A DNA stretch of 63,987 nt, counting the filler, from Nemertoderma westbladi (Eukaryota; Animalia; Xenacoelomorpha): NCBI GenBank assembly GCA_032718475.1. It is 3 parts of 3 records of this genome, joined end to end, with 100 filler letters (N's around TTAATTAATTAA, not from the genome) between each part and the next. Parts side by side here need not be neighbours in the genome. Positions count along the whole stretch, not along the records: positions 1 to 26,581 come from JAUCBJ010005602.1; positions 26,682 to 54,835 come from JAUCBJ010007131.1; 1 more part is not named here. One strand, 5' to 3'. The position numbers and the translations under genes were made by a program. This document shows, in pieces, positions 25,125 to 38,084 of this stretch (its first letter is position 1; each line of letters opens with the position of its first letter). The notes below the pieces were generated by a model that saw only the letters and a program-made list of their open reading frames with translations, did not search any database and had not been told where the DNA came from.

Positions 25125-26581
25125 TAGTCCTCAATAAATAATCTCAATCTCAGTACAGTCAGCAGGACTGCAGTATACTGCTGTACTGGGTATACTAACT
25201 AAAGAACTAACTGCTACTGTCTCCAGTCTCTGACAGTGCTGCAGTCAGGCAGTGTTGTGTTGCTATTACAGTATTACAGTATTAGGCCAACAGTATTACG
25301 GAGATAAATCAGTAAATATTTGATTTCCATCGGCAATACAGCAATACAGGCAATAGCTCCATCATCTGTACGTTGACTTTCCTCCGTTTAATTGTTCCGA
25401 CAGTCCGATACCAGATAGCAGGATAGCCGTTCCTTCATTCATTCATTTAATTTCATCTTCAGGGCTACTACCAGACTACTGTACTAGGGCAGTACAGCAG
25501 TAGGGCCTAGGGCCGGACGCTTGGCTACTTGGCAGCCTGGCACTGCTGACTGGCTGACTGGCTAACAGCCTGATACTGATACAGTGATACTACTGTACTA
25601 TCAGACTGTCTGATTGTTGATCAGCAGATGGATGATATCTGTGACACCCCTTCAATTTCCAAACGCTCCTGCTTCGAGTTTTTAGACTCTCACCTCCAAG
25701 ATTATGAACGGTCATCTGTTCATGATAATATGCAAACCGACCTCACCGATACCGGTATGGATGTGACGAACGCAACATCGTCTTTACTTCATGTTGATGT
25801 GCGTAACAGCCAATCCGCTACCGCTATGGGTGGAAGTTCCGAGATTCGCAGTAGGTGAGTTAAACTAAACTGTAGCTGTGCAGTGCAGCAGTGCTTGAGT
25901 AAACTACAGTACCGGTCAGCCGGTATACTCATATGACGTGTGTGTGGCTAAGTCACACGAATAGTTTCCAAAAGGCACTTTGGCATTTTCTCCAGGCTGC
26001 CAGGTGCCAGGTTAGGCCTACCTAAATACAGAAATAAAATAATTGCATCCAGCGTAAATGCCTTAGTGCTTTAGGGGAACTGTAGTATAAATCCTAAGAG
26101 TTTTGGCATTTTGGCATTTTCCAGGTACCTAGATAATTGCATCCAGCGTAAATGCCTTAGTGCTGTAGGCCTAGTGCTTTGGAACTGTAGTATAAATCCT
26201 AAGAGTTCCCTAAAGGCACTTTGGCATTCTTCTGGCATTTAGGAAATAAGATTAAATAACATTTAGTAAATACTTATTTTGCCTATTTTTCGGTATCCGT
26301 CCTTTATGTAAGTTTCTGATATGCTGACGTAATGTTCTTTTACTTTTGAATTGTTTATCGCAATGATGACAACGATTAATTTTATTATTATTATTATTAA
26401 AAGTTACAGGAACAAGAAAGTTGAGAACTTATAGGGTCCCATAAATCACGATATGTAAGTGGAAATTAAACTTTAAAAATATAAGAATTACTCAAACATT
26501 TAAACAACACTTTAGTAACAGGAGCAGCATGAAATCGCTTCATATGTTGCCGAATCGTCTTTTGAGTTTCAAATCCCTTAT

Positions 26582-26681
26582 NNNNNNNNNNNNNNNNNNN
26601 NNNNNNNNNNNNNNNNNNNNNNNNNTTAATTAATTAANNNNNNNNNNNNNNNNNNNNNNNNNNNNNNNNNNNNNNNNNNNN
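26582..26681. other. Assembly gap with TTAATTAATTAA-type linker
   Basis: N run with a central TTAATTAATTAA, same pattern as the gap at 54836-54935. Confidence 0.95.
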
Positions 26682-26682
26682 T

Positions 26683-27320
26683 GTGTCGGTTGGCGCCCAT
26701 TCTGGTCCCGAAGTGCCTGTTGGTGCTCAGTCCAGTCCCCCAGTGCCGGTTAGTGCTCAGTCGGGTCCCCCAGTGTCAGTTGGTGCTCATTTGGGTCCTC
26801 CAGTATCGGTTGGTGGTCAGTCGAGTCCCGGAGTGTCGGTTGATGCTCAGTCGGGTCCCCCAGTGTCGGTTGGTGCTCAGTCGGGTCAACCTGTGTCGGG
26901 TGGTACTCAGTCGGGTCAACCTGTGTCGGTTGGTGCTCAGTCTGGTCAACCTGTGCCGGTTGGTGCTCAGTCGGGTCCCCCAGTGTCGGTTGGTGCTCAG
27001 TTGGGTCCCATCATGTCGGTTGGTGCTCAGTCGGGTCAACGTGTGTCGGTTGGTGCTCAGTCGGGTCAACCTGTGCCGGTTGGTGCTCAGTCGGGTCCCC
27101 CAGTGTCGGTTGGTGCTCAGTCGGGTCCCCCAGTGTCGGTTGGTGCTCAGTCGGGTAAACCTGCGGCGGTTGGCGCGCAGTCCGGTCACCCAGTGTCGGA
27201 TGGTGCTCGGTCGGGTCAACCTGTGTCTGTTGGTGCTCAGTCGGGTCCCCCAGTATCGGCTGATGCTCAGTCTGGTCGACCTTCGGCGGTTGGTGCTCAG
27301 TCCGGTCCCCCAGTGTCGCC
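26683..27320 (+). repeat. 30-bp coding minisatellite (PVSVGAQSGP-like, ~21 copies)
   Basis: GTGTCGGTTGGTGCTCAGTCGGGTCCCCCA-type units in frame with the RT ORF. Confidence 0.95.
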
Positions 27321-30209
27321 AAACACTACAGTGCCTCCTACCGCTAGGGGGCACGGGTCTAATGCTGTTGCCTGGTTTGGGACCAGCTTACATTTAGACG
27401 TGTTCGCCGAATCAGTCCATAAGGTGCACGACGCGATCGTACATTGGCGCCCCAACCTATTCCTCCTACCCCCCGGTGCGATCGGACGCGAAGTGGTTCA
27501 GGAGATGACTCGGCTGCTAAATATGTTTAATGCAGGGTCACTATCTGGCGAGGCGGCGCTCACCGCGCAATTTATCTTACCCGCTCTGCTGCTACAGAAG
27601 CCCAGCCGCACTTCAACCACCGCGACCCACCGGAGAATTCTAGAACGCTGTATTTCTTCGTGGAAGTCAGGCGAGATTATCGAGCTGTTTAACGAGGCCA
27701 GGGCCATACAATCCCACCTCCCAAAGGTTTCGGCCCGGGCCAAACAACTCAGGAATACCGCGGCGGAGAGGGCTTTCTGTAAGCATATGTTAACGGGAAA
27801 CGTTTCTGCGGCAGTGCGTACGCTGGATGAGATGGCCAAGGGTCAAGTGTTGAACCTGGATGAGGTAATCACCGACAAACATGGGGTTCGCAAGTCGGTT
27901 CGCGAGTTCCTCCTGGACAAACACCCCCCTCCAGCTCCAGCCCACGAGTCCACCCTTATCGGTGAGTCTGATGACGCTCCCGAATATCACAGCGTCATAT
28001 TCGAGAGGATAGACGCTCAGTTGATCCAATCGATGTTTCTGCGCTTCCGGGGAACAGCAGGAGGGCCATCTGGTCTCGATGTCCAGGGCTGGAAGCACCT
28101 CGCGACACGGTTCCGCAACCCTTCTGTCGACCTGTGCACCAGCATCGCAAATACGGCGAAGAGGATGGCCCAATCTTCGAATGACCCATGCGAGCTGGCA
28201 TCCTTGCTAGCCGCCCGTCTCGTCGCTATCGATAAGTGTCCCGGGGTCCGCCCAATAGGAGTCGGAGAGGTCTTGTGCGGAGGGTCATCGGGAAGGCTAT
28301 CATTAGCTGTATCTCGGAGGATCTCCAGAGCGTGGGGGGTACCACCCAGATGTGCTGCGGCCAGAAGGCAGGTATCGAGCACGCCATCCACAGCCTGAAT
28401 GACGCGTTTGCGAGCGACGACTGCGAGGCGGTGCTGCAGGTGGACGCGAACAACGCGTTCAACTCGTTGAACCGCGCCGCAGCACTGCACAATATCCGCC
28501 ATGTCTGTCCCTCTCTCCACACCGTTGTATCGAACTGTTACTCCCTCCCAACGAGGCTTTACATAGGCGGGGAGTTCATATTATCGGCCGAAGGATCAAC
28601 CCAGGGCGACCCCATCGCTATGCAGATGTACGCGATGGGATCGATGCCGCTGATCGGCGAGCTGGACGACGCGTCGGAGGTCCTTCAGAAGTGGTATGCC
28701 GATGACGCGAACGCGGCGGGAACATTGGTAGAGCTCCGTAAGTTCTGGGACCTGTTGGCGGAACGAGGGCCGCTGTACGGTTACAACCCCACAAAGTGTC
28801 ACTTGCTCGTAAAGCCGGATCTGCTGGAGGAAGCTAAGCGGATGTTCCCCGAGGAATGTTTTACCATCGGGACTGCTGGGAACAATCTCCTCGGTGGAGT
28901 GATCGGGAACGCCGAGTACCGGGAGGAGTTCGTCCGGAAGAAGGTCGACGAGTTTGTCGCCCAGTTACATCAACTCAGTGAGGTCGCAGCAATCGACCCG
29001 CACTGTGCCTACGCCGGACTAGCTATCGGATTAGTTGCTCGATGGAGGTTCATCGCAAGGGTTGTCCCGGGGGACATGGATTTCTTCGAGAAGCTCGAGG
29101 AGTCCGTCGTCCAGTTCCTCCAGGGCCTGACCAACCGCCCCGTCATCACTCCCGAGGAGCGCGGGCTGCTCTCGCTACCAGTTCGCCACGGCGGGCTAGC
29201 GATCCCGACTCCCGAGGACCTACGAATCGAAAACGGCAACTCCAGGTGGATCTGCGAACCGTTTACGGAGGTCGTGGAACCGGTCGCTATAAGGGAGGCG
29301 CAAAAGTTCATCGCCACCCAGATCAAGGCGAGGGCCGTGCCGGCACTGAAGGAGAAGGTGGAGTCGGTTAGTTCGGACCTACCCGAGAATCAACGGAGGT
29401 TGACGGAGCTCGTGGCGGAACCTGGCGCCTCGGCCTGGCTCAACGCGCGCCCCATAACCCTCCACGATACCCACCTAACTAAAGAGGAGTTCCGCGACGC
29501 ATTGTGTCTGCGTTATGGGTGGCAGCCCGAGTCGCTCCCAGCCCGTTGTGCCTGTGGGACAAGATTTTCAACAAACCACATCTTGTCTTGTCCCACCGGC
29601 GGTTACCCGTCAATTAGGCACAACGAGCTCCGGAATTTCGTCGCCACAACGTTAACCGAGGTCGCTCATAACGTTGCCATCGAGCCGCACCTGCAGCCAA
29701 TCACCGGCGAGCAGTTCTCCCGCACGTCCACTTCCGTGGACCAACAAGCTCGGTTGGACGTGTCGGTCTCCAGGTTCTGGGGGAATCGATATCAAAAGAC
29801 GTACATAGATGTATCCGTCTTCAACCCCCTCGCCCTGACCAACACCGCAATGGACGTCGATGCAGCCCACCTATTCCACGAAACCCGGAAACGCAACAAA
29901 TATCTGGAACGGATCCGGGAAGTCGAGCACGCCATGTTCACCCCGCTGATATTCTCAGCGTTGGGGGGAATATCTCCCTCCACGACGCTGTTCGTGAAGC
30001 ACCTCGCTTCAAAGCTGGCGGACCGGCGCGAGCTGCGCTACTCGGAGTGCGTGAGCTGGGTGCGGAGGCAGTTCAGCTTCGCGCTGCTGCGGGCCTCCCT
30101 GATGTGCATAAGAGGGTCGAGATCGGCACGGAAACGCCCAGTATTTGTTGGGGCAGAAGCATCGCCGTCCATCTTGCTGGCCAACGCCGACACAAGGGTG
30201 GGACAGTAG
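26683..30209 (+). CDS. RT-RLE polyprotein with a single frameshift near 28272
   Basis: ORF 26683-28398 up to GVGEV joins ORF 28236-30209 at VRRVIGKAI; no other disruption seen. Confidence 0.85.
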
Positions 30210-30367
30210 AGTCAGGAACTCATACCGGTATCATAAACAATTTCAAAATCAGTTTAATTATTTTATATTATTTAATTCCCTTGTATGGTTTAAATTTCCC
30301 GCCTTTTGCTCATTTGATAATATAGTTCATGTATAGTGTCTAAAAAAAAAAAAAAAAAAAAAAAAAA

Positions 30368-30619
30368 GTACAAGTACCGGTACAAGTACCAGTACCGGTA
30401 CCAGTACAAGTACAAGTACTGGTACCAGTACAAGTACCTGTAACAGTACAAGTACCGGTACCAATACAAGTACCAGTACAAGTACCAGTACCAATACCAA
30501 TATAAGTACCGGTACCAATACAAGTACCGGTTCCAGTACAAGTACCTGTAACAGTACAAGTACCTGTACCAGTACCAGTACAAGTTCAACTACCGGTACC
30601 AGTACAAGTTCCATTACAA
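30368..30619. repeat. Degenerate hexamer microsatellite (GTACAA/GTACCA/GTACCG)n
   Basis: About 42 in-register hexamers starting directly after the poly-A tail. Confidence 0.95.
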
Positions 30620-32075
30620 TATTTGAAAATTTTGGAATGTATATTGGACTACATCCATCATAGCACAGTCGGATATAGATACTTTAACAACTTTTATTAA
30701 GTGGGTTGATCCGCCTGACTGAGATAAATCCAAACCTATTTAGTTTTCCAAAAAAAACCGATTGGTGCTCGAGAAATTGCAGTTTAAAGATCAAAATTTT
30801 ATGATTTGCGTTTTCAATTGAGTTTATCTCAAAATGATATATCCGTACACAAATGCCCCATTATTTCCAAAAGTCATCGACCAAATTACTCAATATTTTG
30901 ATTCAAGGTGTGGAATGACATGTCTCAAACATTGAACTAGAATTTGAGATGAGCATTACTATTTTTTAAATTATTAATAAACTTTTGAGCTAAATAGTGG
31001 TAAATAGTGATAAATTATTAACTATTATTAATAATATTGCAAAGTTAAGGAAGATATTCAATTTTTTCAATAATTCTAGTTCAATGATTTACATTAATGT
31101 TTCTCTACATTATGTTCAAAATTTTGAGGAATTTCAATCTGAATATCACAAGATATCGGGGTAAATGTTAAATAGTAAAACATTAGTACTCCCTGCTCCC
31201 CAAGGAATAGGAGATCGTGATAAAATCATCGGCTTGATCAATTCATGACTAATCCATGACAATCGTTTTCTACTATTTTATTCGTATTTGCTTAGAAAAC
31301 CATAATTCAGATGGGGTGGAAAATTCGTTGCAGATTTCGCATTTTCCAAATAAAAAAAAAGGTATATTAAGAATGCCACTATATTTAGTAGACTATGTAA
31401 TGTTTAAACTCAAAGTGCAGATGATAGTTGATGACTGAATTATCTAACGGGAATTTCAAACGGGTATTTCCCTTGTAATGAATGATGTTGCGATGACATA
31501 AAAATAATTGTGTGAATTATATAATAAATGGAAGATTTATTTATTTAAAAGATCTTATCAATCTTTTTCCTGATATTATCACGTTTATACGTGAATACAT
31601 GATGGTTATATTCCAGTGGCAGAGTGAGCATTGTTTCATTAATTCAAATTCGTCTGTTGAAACACTTCTTATTGTTTTTTCAATTGAATTATAATTATGT
31701 TAATTCTATTTTTTTTACTTGTGTTCTACATTTTATCAGTGGGAAATTGCTTGAATACGGAACATCATATGTAAGTATATATAAAACGATAATTAAATAT
31801 TTCGTAAGAGGTTACCCACAATTACACATATAGTAACTCTAAATAAAGTGTAGTTAACAGTGAACCTGAACATAGGGGCTAATATTATTCACTAGGAAGT
31901 TTTAAGACTCATAACTATCCATCAGTTGTCTTTGATCTCAAACCAGCCTTGCAGAAGTCGGGTTCCAATATCGCTGGGTTTCTAAAAGAATATATAGAGA
32001 GAGAACTTAGCCATCCGTACTATTGTAATATAAATAAATAAAAACTTCATAAATAGGCTGGGTATAAAATGCTGG

Positions 32076-32180
32076 TATGAGATACCCAGTGGGTATCTCA
32101 TATAGGAAATACGAGATACCCAGTGGGTATCTCATATAGGAAATACGAGATACCCAGTGGGTATCTCATTTAGGAAATAC
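32076..32180. repeat. 3 x 34-bp tandem repeat, each unit a hairpin
   Basis: GAGATACCC-AGT-GGGTATCTC-ATATAGGAAATAC. Confidence 0.9.
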
Positions 32181-33724
32181 ATGACGTTTTTGGGCGCCAA
32201 AGGGGGTTATTTAGGTAGTATTAAAAGACTCCAACCCCTACTCATATGTTGTTTATATGAATATCAATACTAATTCCTCTGAAGCTGTACTTGTCAATCT
32301 TCAAATCGCTGGATGGGCGCACATGATGCGAAATTTTAGAATTGTGTCACTCTGCACTCATGAAATCGAAAGTGAATAGAATTGTAACGCAGTTACATGT
32401 AACTAACTGTGTGATCTTTCTGTAAATATTTTGTTTGTTAATTTGTGTGTAAGGTAAGTTGCCAGGTAACACCAGGCGGTAACACCTTGTGTGTAAGGTA
32501 ACACCCAATTTATAGACCTTAGCATTATTAACAAAAACTTAATAAGTAAGTAGTCCCTAATTGATGTTAAAGGCCGTATGAATAGTTGATTCTAATAGCA
32601 CAATAACGACCTGAGCCTGGGATACCACCCAGAGATAAACCTGTTACAAACAGTATGATACTGATGATACGTCTTCCACTGACACACTCACCTCATAATT
32701 GGGATTATCATTTCAACTAATTCACATAATCATTATAATATGGTGAAAATCTCCCTGCTACAGTATTACCTTATTAAAATGGGGTCTATCTCCCCGCTAT
32801 TACCTTATTAAAAGGTGTTTCATTTCCCCAACTTATAATAACGAGAGAAAGCCGCCCCAATATTAGATTATTACAACAACATATCCATTGGGTAAGAAAG
32901 TGGAGGAGAGCCAGCCCGTCTCTTAATTTTTTACTTTATATTACGCGATCAATTTTCACTCATCTCGTCATGAACCCAACATGTATGTAACCTTTTGTTA
33001 AATTTGTTGGCTATGCGTTTGCGGTTGTTTGGGCGGAGTGTGGTAGGCCTACACTTTTCACACTTAAATATTTTGGTTGTGAAATGTTACAGGGCATAGC
33101 TATCTGAGATATTTCATTTATATTTTATTATGAGAGGAAGAAGAACATACAACGTTATTTACTATATATGTAACAAAATAATTGTTTTCGGGTTTAACTT
33201 GGAAGCCTCCCCAAATAGTTGATATACAATTATATTTAAAATTATTTCCATGGTCATGGTCATTCACCCGTCTTTAATTAGAAATTTGTTTGCATGAAAG
33301 ACAGTTTAGTTTAGTTTTTACTGATTTATTATCTCTTATCTGACTGGGGTAAGAATAAAGGATAGGATAAATGGAAGCAAAGTGTGACAGTAACAAATAT
33401 TTCCCCGTCACCCTAGCATGTCTTAAGTATATGATATATCAAAGGGGGAAGTTTGGATTCACTGCATAAATGCAGTTCACCAAACTTCCCCCGAATGCAC
33501 ACTGTAACTTCCCCCTTCCCACAAATATCCACTGTTGAATTAATTTGAAGCTATATAATAAGTACAAAATTGTGCGAGTTTTTAATTTTGTGGTCCAATT
33601 GTTATTTGATTTCTATTTATTATTTAAAGTGCATTTAATATCACACTGGTTTTTAGAATATTATACTATACAACCTTATGTTTTATTAATTTACCCAATC
33701 GAAGCCTCATAAGGGCCGGTTATT

Positions 33725-34265
33725 TGTTAGCTTATCCAATTCCGCTAACACAAACCCATAGAGTGAGCCATTAAGCAATATTGGGGGCCACGAGGTTGGT
33801 TACCCAATCTCGTGTCACCCCAACAAAGTGGGAAGGAGAAACACACAATAGGGGTCAGGGGCCAAACCCCTAACAGAGAGAGAACAGCAGGAGTGAAGGG
33901 AAACACTCCAAAGGGTGCCAACAGGGATATTAGCCAATGGGGGGACAGCATCGACTAGGTACTGTAACAAGGCCAAACCGTGCAATATATATTACCGGTC
34001 GATGCAATCAGTTATTCAGTTTACTCAGTCAGTTCAGTAGGGTGGAGCGGTGACTTCTATCACCGTCCGCTACCGCCATCACGTGTAATACTTCTGTACT
34101 TATCTACCGGTAACCGTGTCATCCATTCAACTGTGCTATATCGACTATTATACCTTTATACATATTACCGAACATCAGAACTCTTAACGAACCTTTTCAT
34201 ATACACGGCGGGGATGCCGATAGAAAACCCAAACGGATAAACCGGGATCCGTAGATCCCATCACA
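33725..34265 (+). repeat. 5' LTR
   Basis: TGTTAGC...ATCACA; CCAAT, TATA-like ATATATAT, TCAGT initiator-like motifs. Confidence 0.95.
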
Positions 34266-34329
34266 GTGATAGAACTAGATCCAACCAACTGCTCTGACAG
34301 ACTGTGGCTGCCAGCCACCAAAGACAAAG

Positions 34330-37300
34330 ATGAGTAGAGAAGGAAAGATGACACCGCCGCGGACCCCGGACGACGATCTAACGATCCGTGAGGCCGCGAC
34401 GAAACGGCACCGACCCACGACGCTGGACCCATCGATAACGGGCCATCCGGTGATCCAAGATGAGGGGGGCCGTCTACAAAGAGAGGACGAGTCGGGAGTC
34501 GAAGGGGAGAAAGACGAGTCGATGCGGAGCGAGGGTCGACGTACCGATGTCGCCGGTCAGCCACAGGCCGAGGACGACGGACGGTCCACCGGAACGGCGA
34601 CGGTGGGGCCGACGGTACGACGTCGGACCCGGAGAGATGGAGGAAAGGTCGGCGACGAGGACGTCGGGGTTTCTGATCGACTTCAACGAGCCTACCTCGC
34701 GACCAGGGAGCGACTGAGAGAGGCCAAAGGAGGGGCGAAGATAGACGAGGTAAAACTAACGAAAGGACTAGGTGAGTCGGATAGACATTTTAATTATTTA
34801 ATGCGTTTCGGACAGAGAGAACTAGCCGAGGAGAGAGCAAAGGGGGTTGCCAACGAACTGTCAGATTTATGGGAGTGTAGGGGTATGCAACTATGCTATG
34901 TAAGAGTGTACATAGGGCCATACTTAGTCGATGCCCAGGGTGTAAAATTAGTGGGTTGGAGGAAACCGCAGGAGAGCGAATCCGAGGCTAGCCCCGAGGA
35001 TTCGGTTTCGTCGGTTGGAGAAAGTTCTGGGAGGCGGGGGAAAGTTGGTAGGACGGAGGGGCGACGGGAGTCCGTCGCAACCGATAAGTCTGCTACATCC
35101 TCCGCAAAAGAAAGAAGGATGTGGAAGATAAATCTGACGTTTAAAATAGAAGTGGCGGCGGCGGAGCAGAGACAGTTAGAGTGGCGACTGAGGGATAAAA
35201 TCGCATTTTTAGAGCGGGCAAGGGAGGATAGAAAGAGAGCCGAGGAGCGTAGAGATTGGGAGATGAGAGTAGAGAGAGTACCGGCGGGGCGGTCTGAGAT
35301 GCTTGCGAGAGAGACGGCCAATCGAAGTTTACGAGGGTGCAGAGAGAGAGAGATAGAGGATGAGCGTGAGCGGGATGATTTGTGTGCCCGGATAGGGAGG
35401 CTTGCGCAACATCAAGCCGAGCTGAATCAGCGCCGACTAGAACTGGCGCGGTTGGAACTATCAAAGAGTGAGACCCCACTTACAGGCACCGGGCGAGAGA
35501 ACCAGAACCGGTGTAGCCGTACGGGCGGGGGGTGGGTAGTAATAGTACGTTAGAAGTAGTCAATGTTAATAGTACCGTATTAGATAACCCTAATCCCTTT
35601 ATTGCAGCAAATAATATTTTACCTGGTAGTAGTAATTTAAATTTAAATTCAAATAATAACATTAATTCAAATATTCAGAATAATTCAAATAATTCGAATA
35701 ATAATTTAAATTTTGAAAATAATAATAATTCTAATTTAAATAATTTAAATAATGGTCCTGTTTCAAATTCTAATAATTTAATTGACTTAACAAATGATAT
35801 TGGGAATGGTGCTATTAATATGAGCGTGTCGGACGTACATAACCCGGCAGACGGGGGCCTGGTAGGCCACGTACTTAGTAGGCAGGAGGTGGCAGGGTTG
35901 AGCCAACCCGAGGTGGGCCTGATGGGCCATGCAGTAGTAGAGAGAGAGGCGGGGGTGAATAGACCCAGCCGTAGTAGAGACAGCGTGTCGACTAGAGAGG
36001 GGTGTAGAGACGAAGTAAGAGATAGTGAAGTTAGATGTGGTGAGTGGAGGGGGGCTACCGGCGCCCCACCACGTAAGACTAGTGGCGAGAGAGGGGGGGC
36101 AGAGAATGCCCCACAAGAGGGGTGTAGAGGTGTAGTAGGAGGTAGTGAAGTTAGAAGTAGCGGGTGGGGGGGGGGGGGGCTACAGGAGCCCCACCACGAA
36201 AGATTAGTGGCGAGAGAAGGGGGGTAGAGAATGTCCGACAAGAGGGACGCAGAAGTTTAGTAAGAGATAGTGAAGTTAGAAGTGGCGGGTGGGGGGGGGG
36301 GGCTACGGACACCCCACCGCGAGAAGTTAGTAGAGAGAGAGGGGGGGCAGAGAGTGTCCCACAGCCGTCAGCGGATAATGCGCGGGCCGAATCAGGTAAA
36401 CCGCAACACCCGGCGACGGAGAGTAATGGGGGGGTTGCGAGTACCCCCAGCGGCGTGCGATCGAGCAGAGAGAGGCAGGTTGACGTCTCGAGAGGGCAGA
36501 CGAAGCGTCGAGCCCGATCAGAAGAGAGAGGGAGAATAGTGGAGTTTAGCCGGGGGGTCGACGAGAGATCTCACGAGCCGGAATACTGCACAGAAAAGAG
36601 AAGAAGAGAAGATAGTAGAAGAAGTGTCGCCACGAACGATAGCAGTGTGAGGACAGATAGCGGACCGTCGATAGTAGAGATGGAGTTAGGGAGTCAGTGG
36701 GGTCGAACTTCGGGAGATTGCCGTCGCCCCGGAGAAACGCACCGCACGCCAAGAGAGGGGTACAAGACGTACCAATACAAAGTCGAGAACAGGAGAGGGG
36801 ATCGGAGAGAAGCTTCCCGACGGGATATAGCTGCCGATCGAGAGTACGGTAGTCGCCGGGAGATTCGAGATGCGCGAAGATTAAACTTCGGTTCGAAGAG
36901 GCACATGCAGACCGCAGGACATACTGTGGGCCTTACTGCACATACTATTATAGGCCATGCTGGGAGAGATAGAGTAGGCGATAGGGTAGCGCGAACGACG
37001 GGATTAAACCCGGAAGCCGCGGAGTACATACCGGTAGGTAGGCAAGAAGTGGGTAGGCCTATATCGGTACAGCAGCATGACTATAATACACAGGGACATA
37101 ACATATATCCAGGGGAGGGGGGAGTTATTGGAGATAGACGTATGGGCCCCAATGTATTAACATCAACCCCAGTACCAAACATACCGGCCGGGGGGGGACA
37201 GGGTGACATTCCCCCATCACAATATCGACAATATACCCCGATAGGAGCAAGAACATCGAACTCCCTGGACGAGAACAGGTCGTGCGGACAGTCACTACCA

Positions 37301-37903
37301 CACGCGGCCGTACAGGGGACTGCTAGTCCACAGTTAGCTGGTAGCAGGGCCACACTGTGGCAGGGACAGAAAGAAAATAACACCAAAAATAAAAACAATC
37401 CCAATATACCCAGTAGGCCGAGTCTAGACAATCGAAACATTAAATCAGTACATATAAACCTAAGCGCGATACGTGAAGGACTATACAGGAAACGCTATAA
37501 TCCAGGATTCCAATGTCAATTACATCGGGACGGAACCCATAAGACCAGGAGTTGCAAGTACTGGCAAGCGTTGCCCAAACGAGATCGTGTAGCCTACACA
37601 GACGCAAACGGACTATGTCATCGATGTGTGGTAAGAGGACACAGATCCGGAGAGTGTTGGAAAGGGAGAGGATGTGAAAGGACTAAACCAGGGGCAGAGA
37701 AGCCCATGAGCAAACATAAAGGAGTCGGGAAAGTAGAAGGAGGCGTGTTGCATACGCACACAGGACTGACACAGTGCGATGGGGCATTACATGGGCAGAA
37801 GTCGTGTATACCGAGGGACAAGCGGGGGTCGTCGAGGCCTGTAATGCCAGCGCACATACGAAGGGGGAGGCCAGCAGAGGTAGTATCGAAGAGAGTGTGG
37901 TGA
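34330..37903 (+). CDS. Gag-like polyprotein split into three ORFs at G-rich runs
   Basis: ORFs 34330-35553, 35532-36227 and 36164-37903 overlap at G-rich runs (~35523-35537, 36166-36179). Coiled-coil region, Asn-rich tract, knuckles CQLH....HKTRSC and LCHRC...GH....C resembling BEL/Pao Gag. Confidence 0.65.
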
Positions 37904-38084
37904 AGAGTTGGAGGACGTATAGGAGGGCAGCGGGGGAGTGCCTACTGGAAGAAGGGGCACCTGAGAGTTTTTAGTCGTCCAAAGTTTTGGACTGAGGGGG
38001 GTGGGAATGAGGGCGAGACGCCCTTCCCACGCATAAAATATAAAATAATTATTTAATTAAAAATAATAAAATAATTAAATAATA

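Larger units (their letters stand above)
26683..30367 (+). mobile_element. CRE-clade non-LTR retrotransposon (RT + restriction-like endonuclease); 5' end lost in the gap
   Basis: RT motifs GVRPIGVGE, VDANNAFNSLNR, EGSTQGDP, WYADD; CCHC CACG..H...C; RHNELR; RLDV..IDV..E.RK RLE motifs; short 3' UTR; poly-A 30342-30367. Confidence 0.92.

Noticed and set aside
26626-26638. TTAATTAATTAA island within Ns
   Set aside because: Same in both gaps; a scaffolding linker.
26690-30614. Alternative-frame and antisense ORFs over the CRE element and hexamer array
   Set aside because: Shadows of GC-rich coding sequence or repeats.
33745-34240. Duplicated small ORFs (also 39586-40066)
   Set aside because: Incidental ORFs within the two LTRs.
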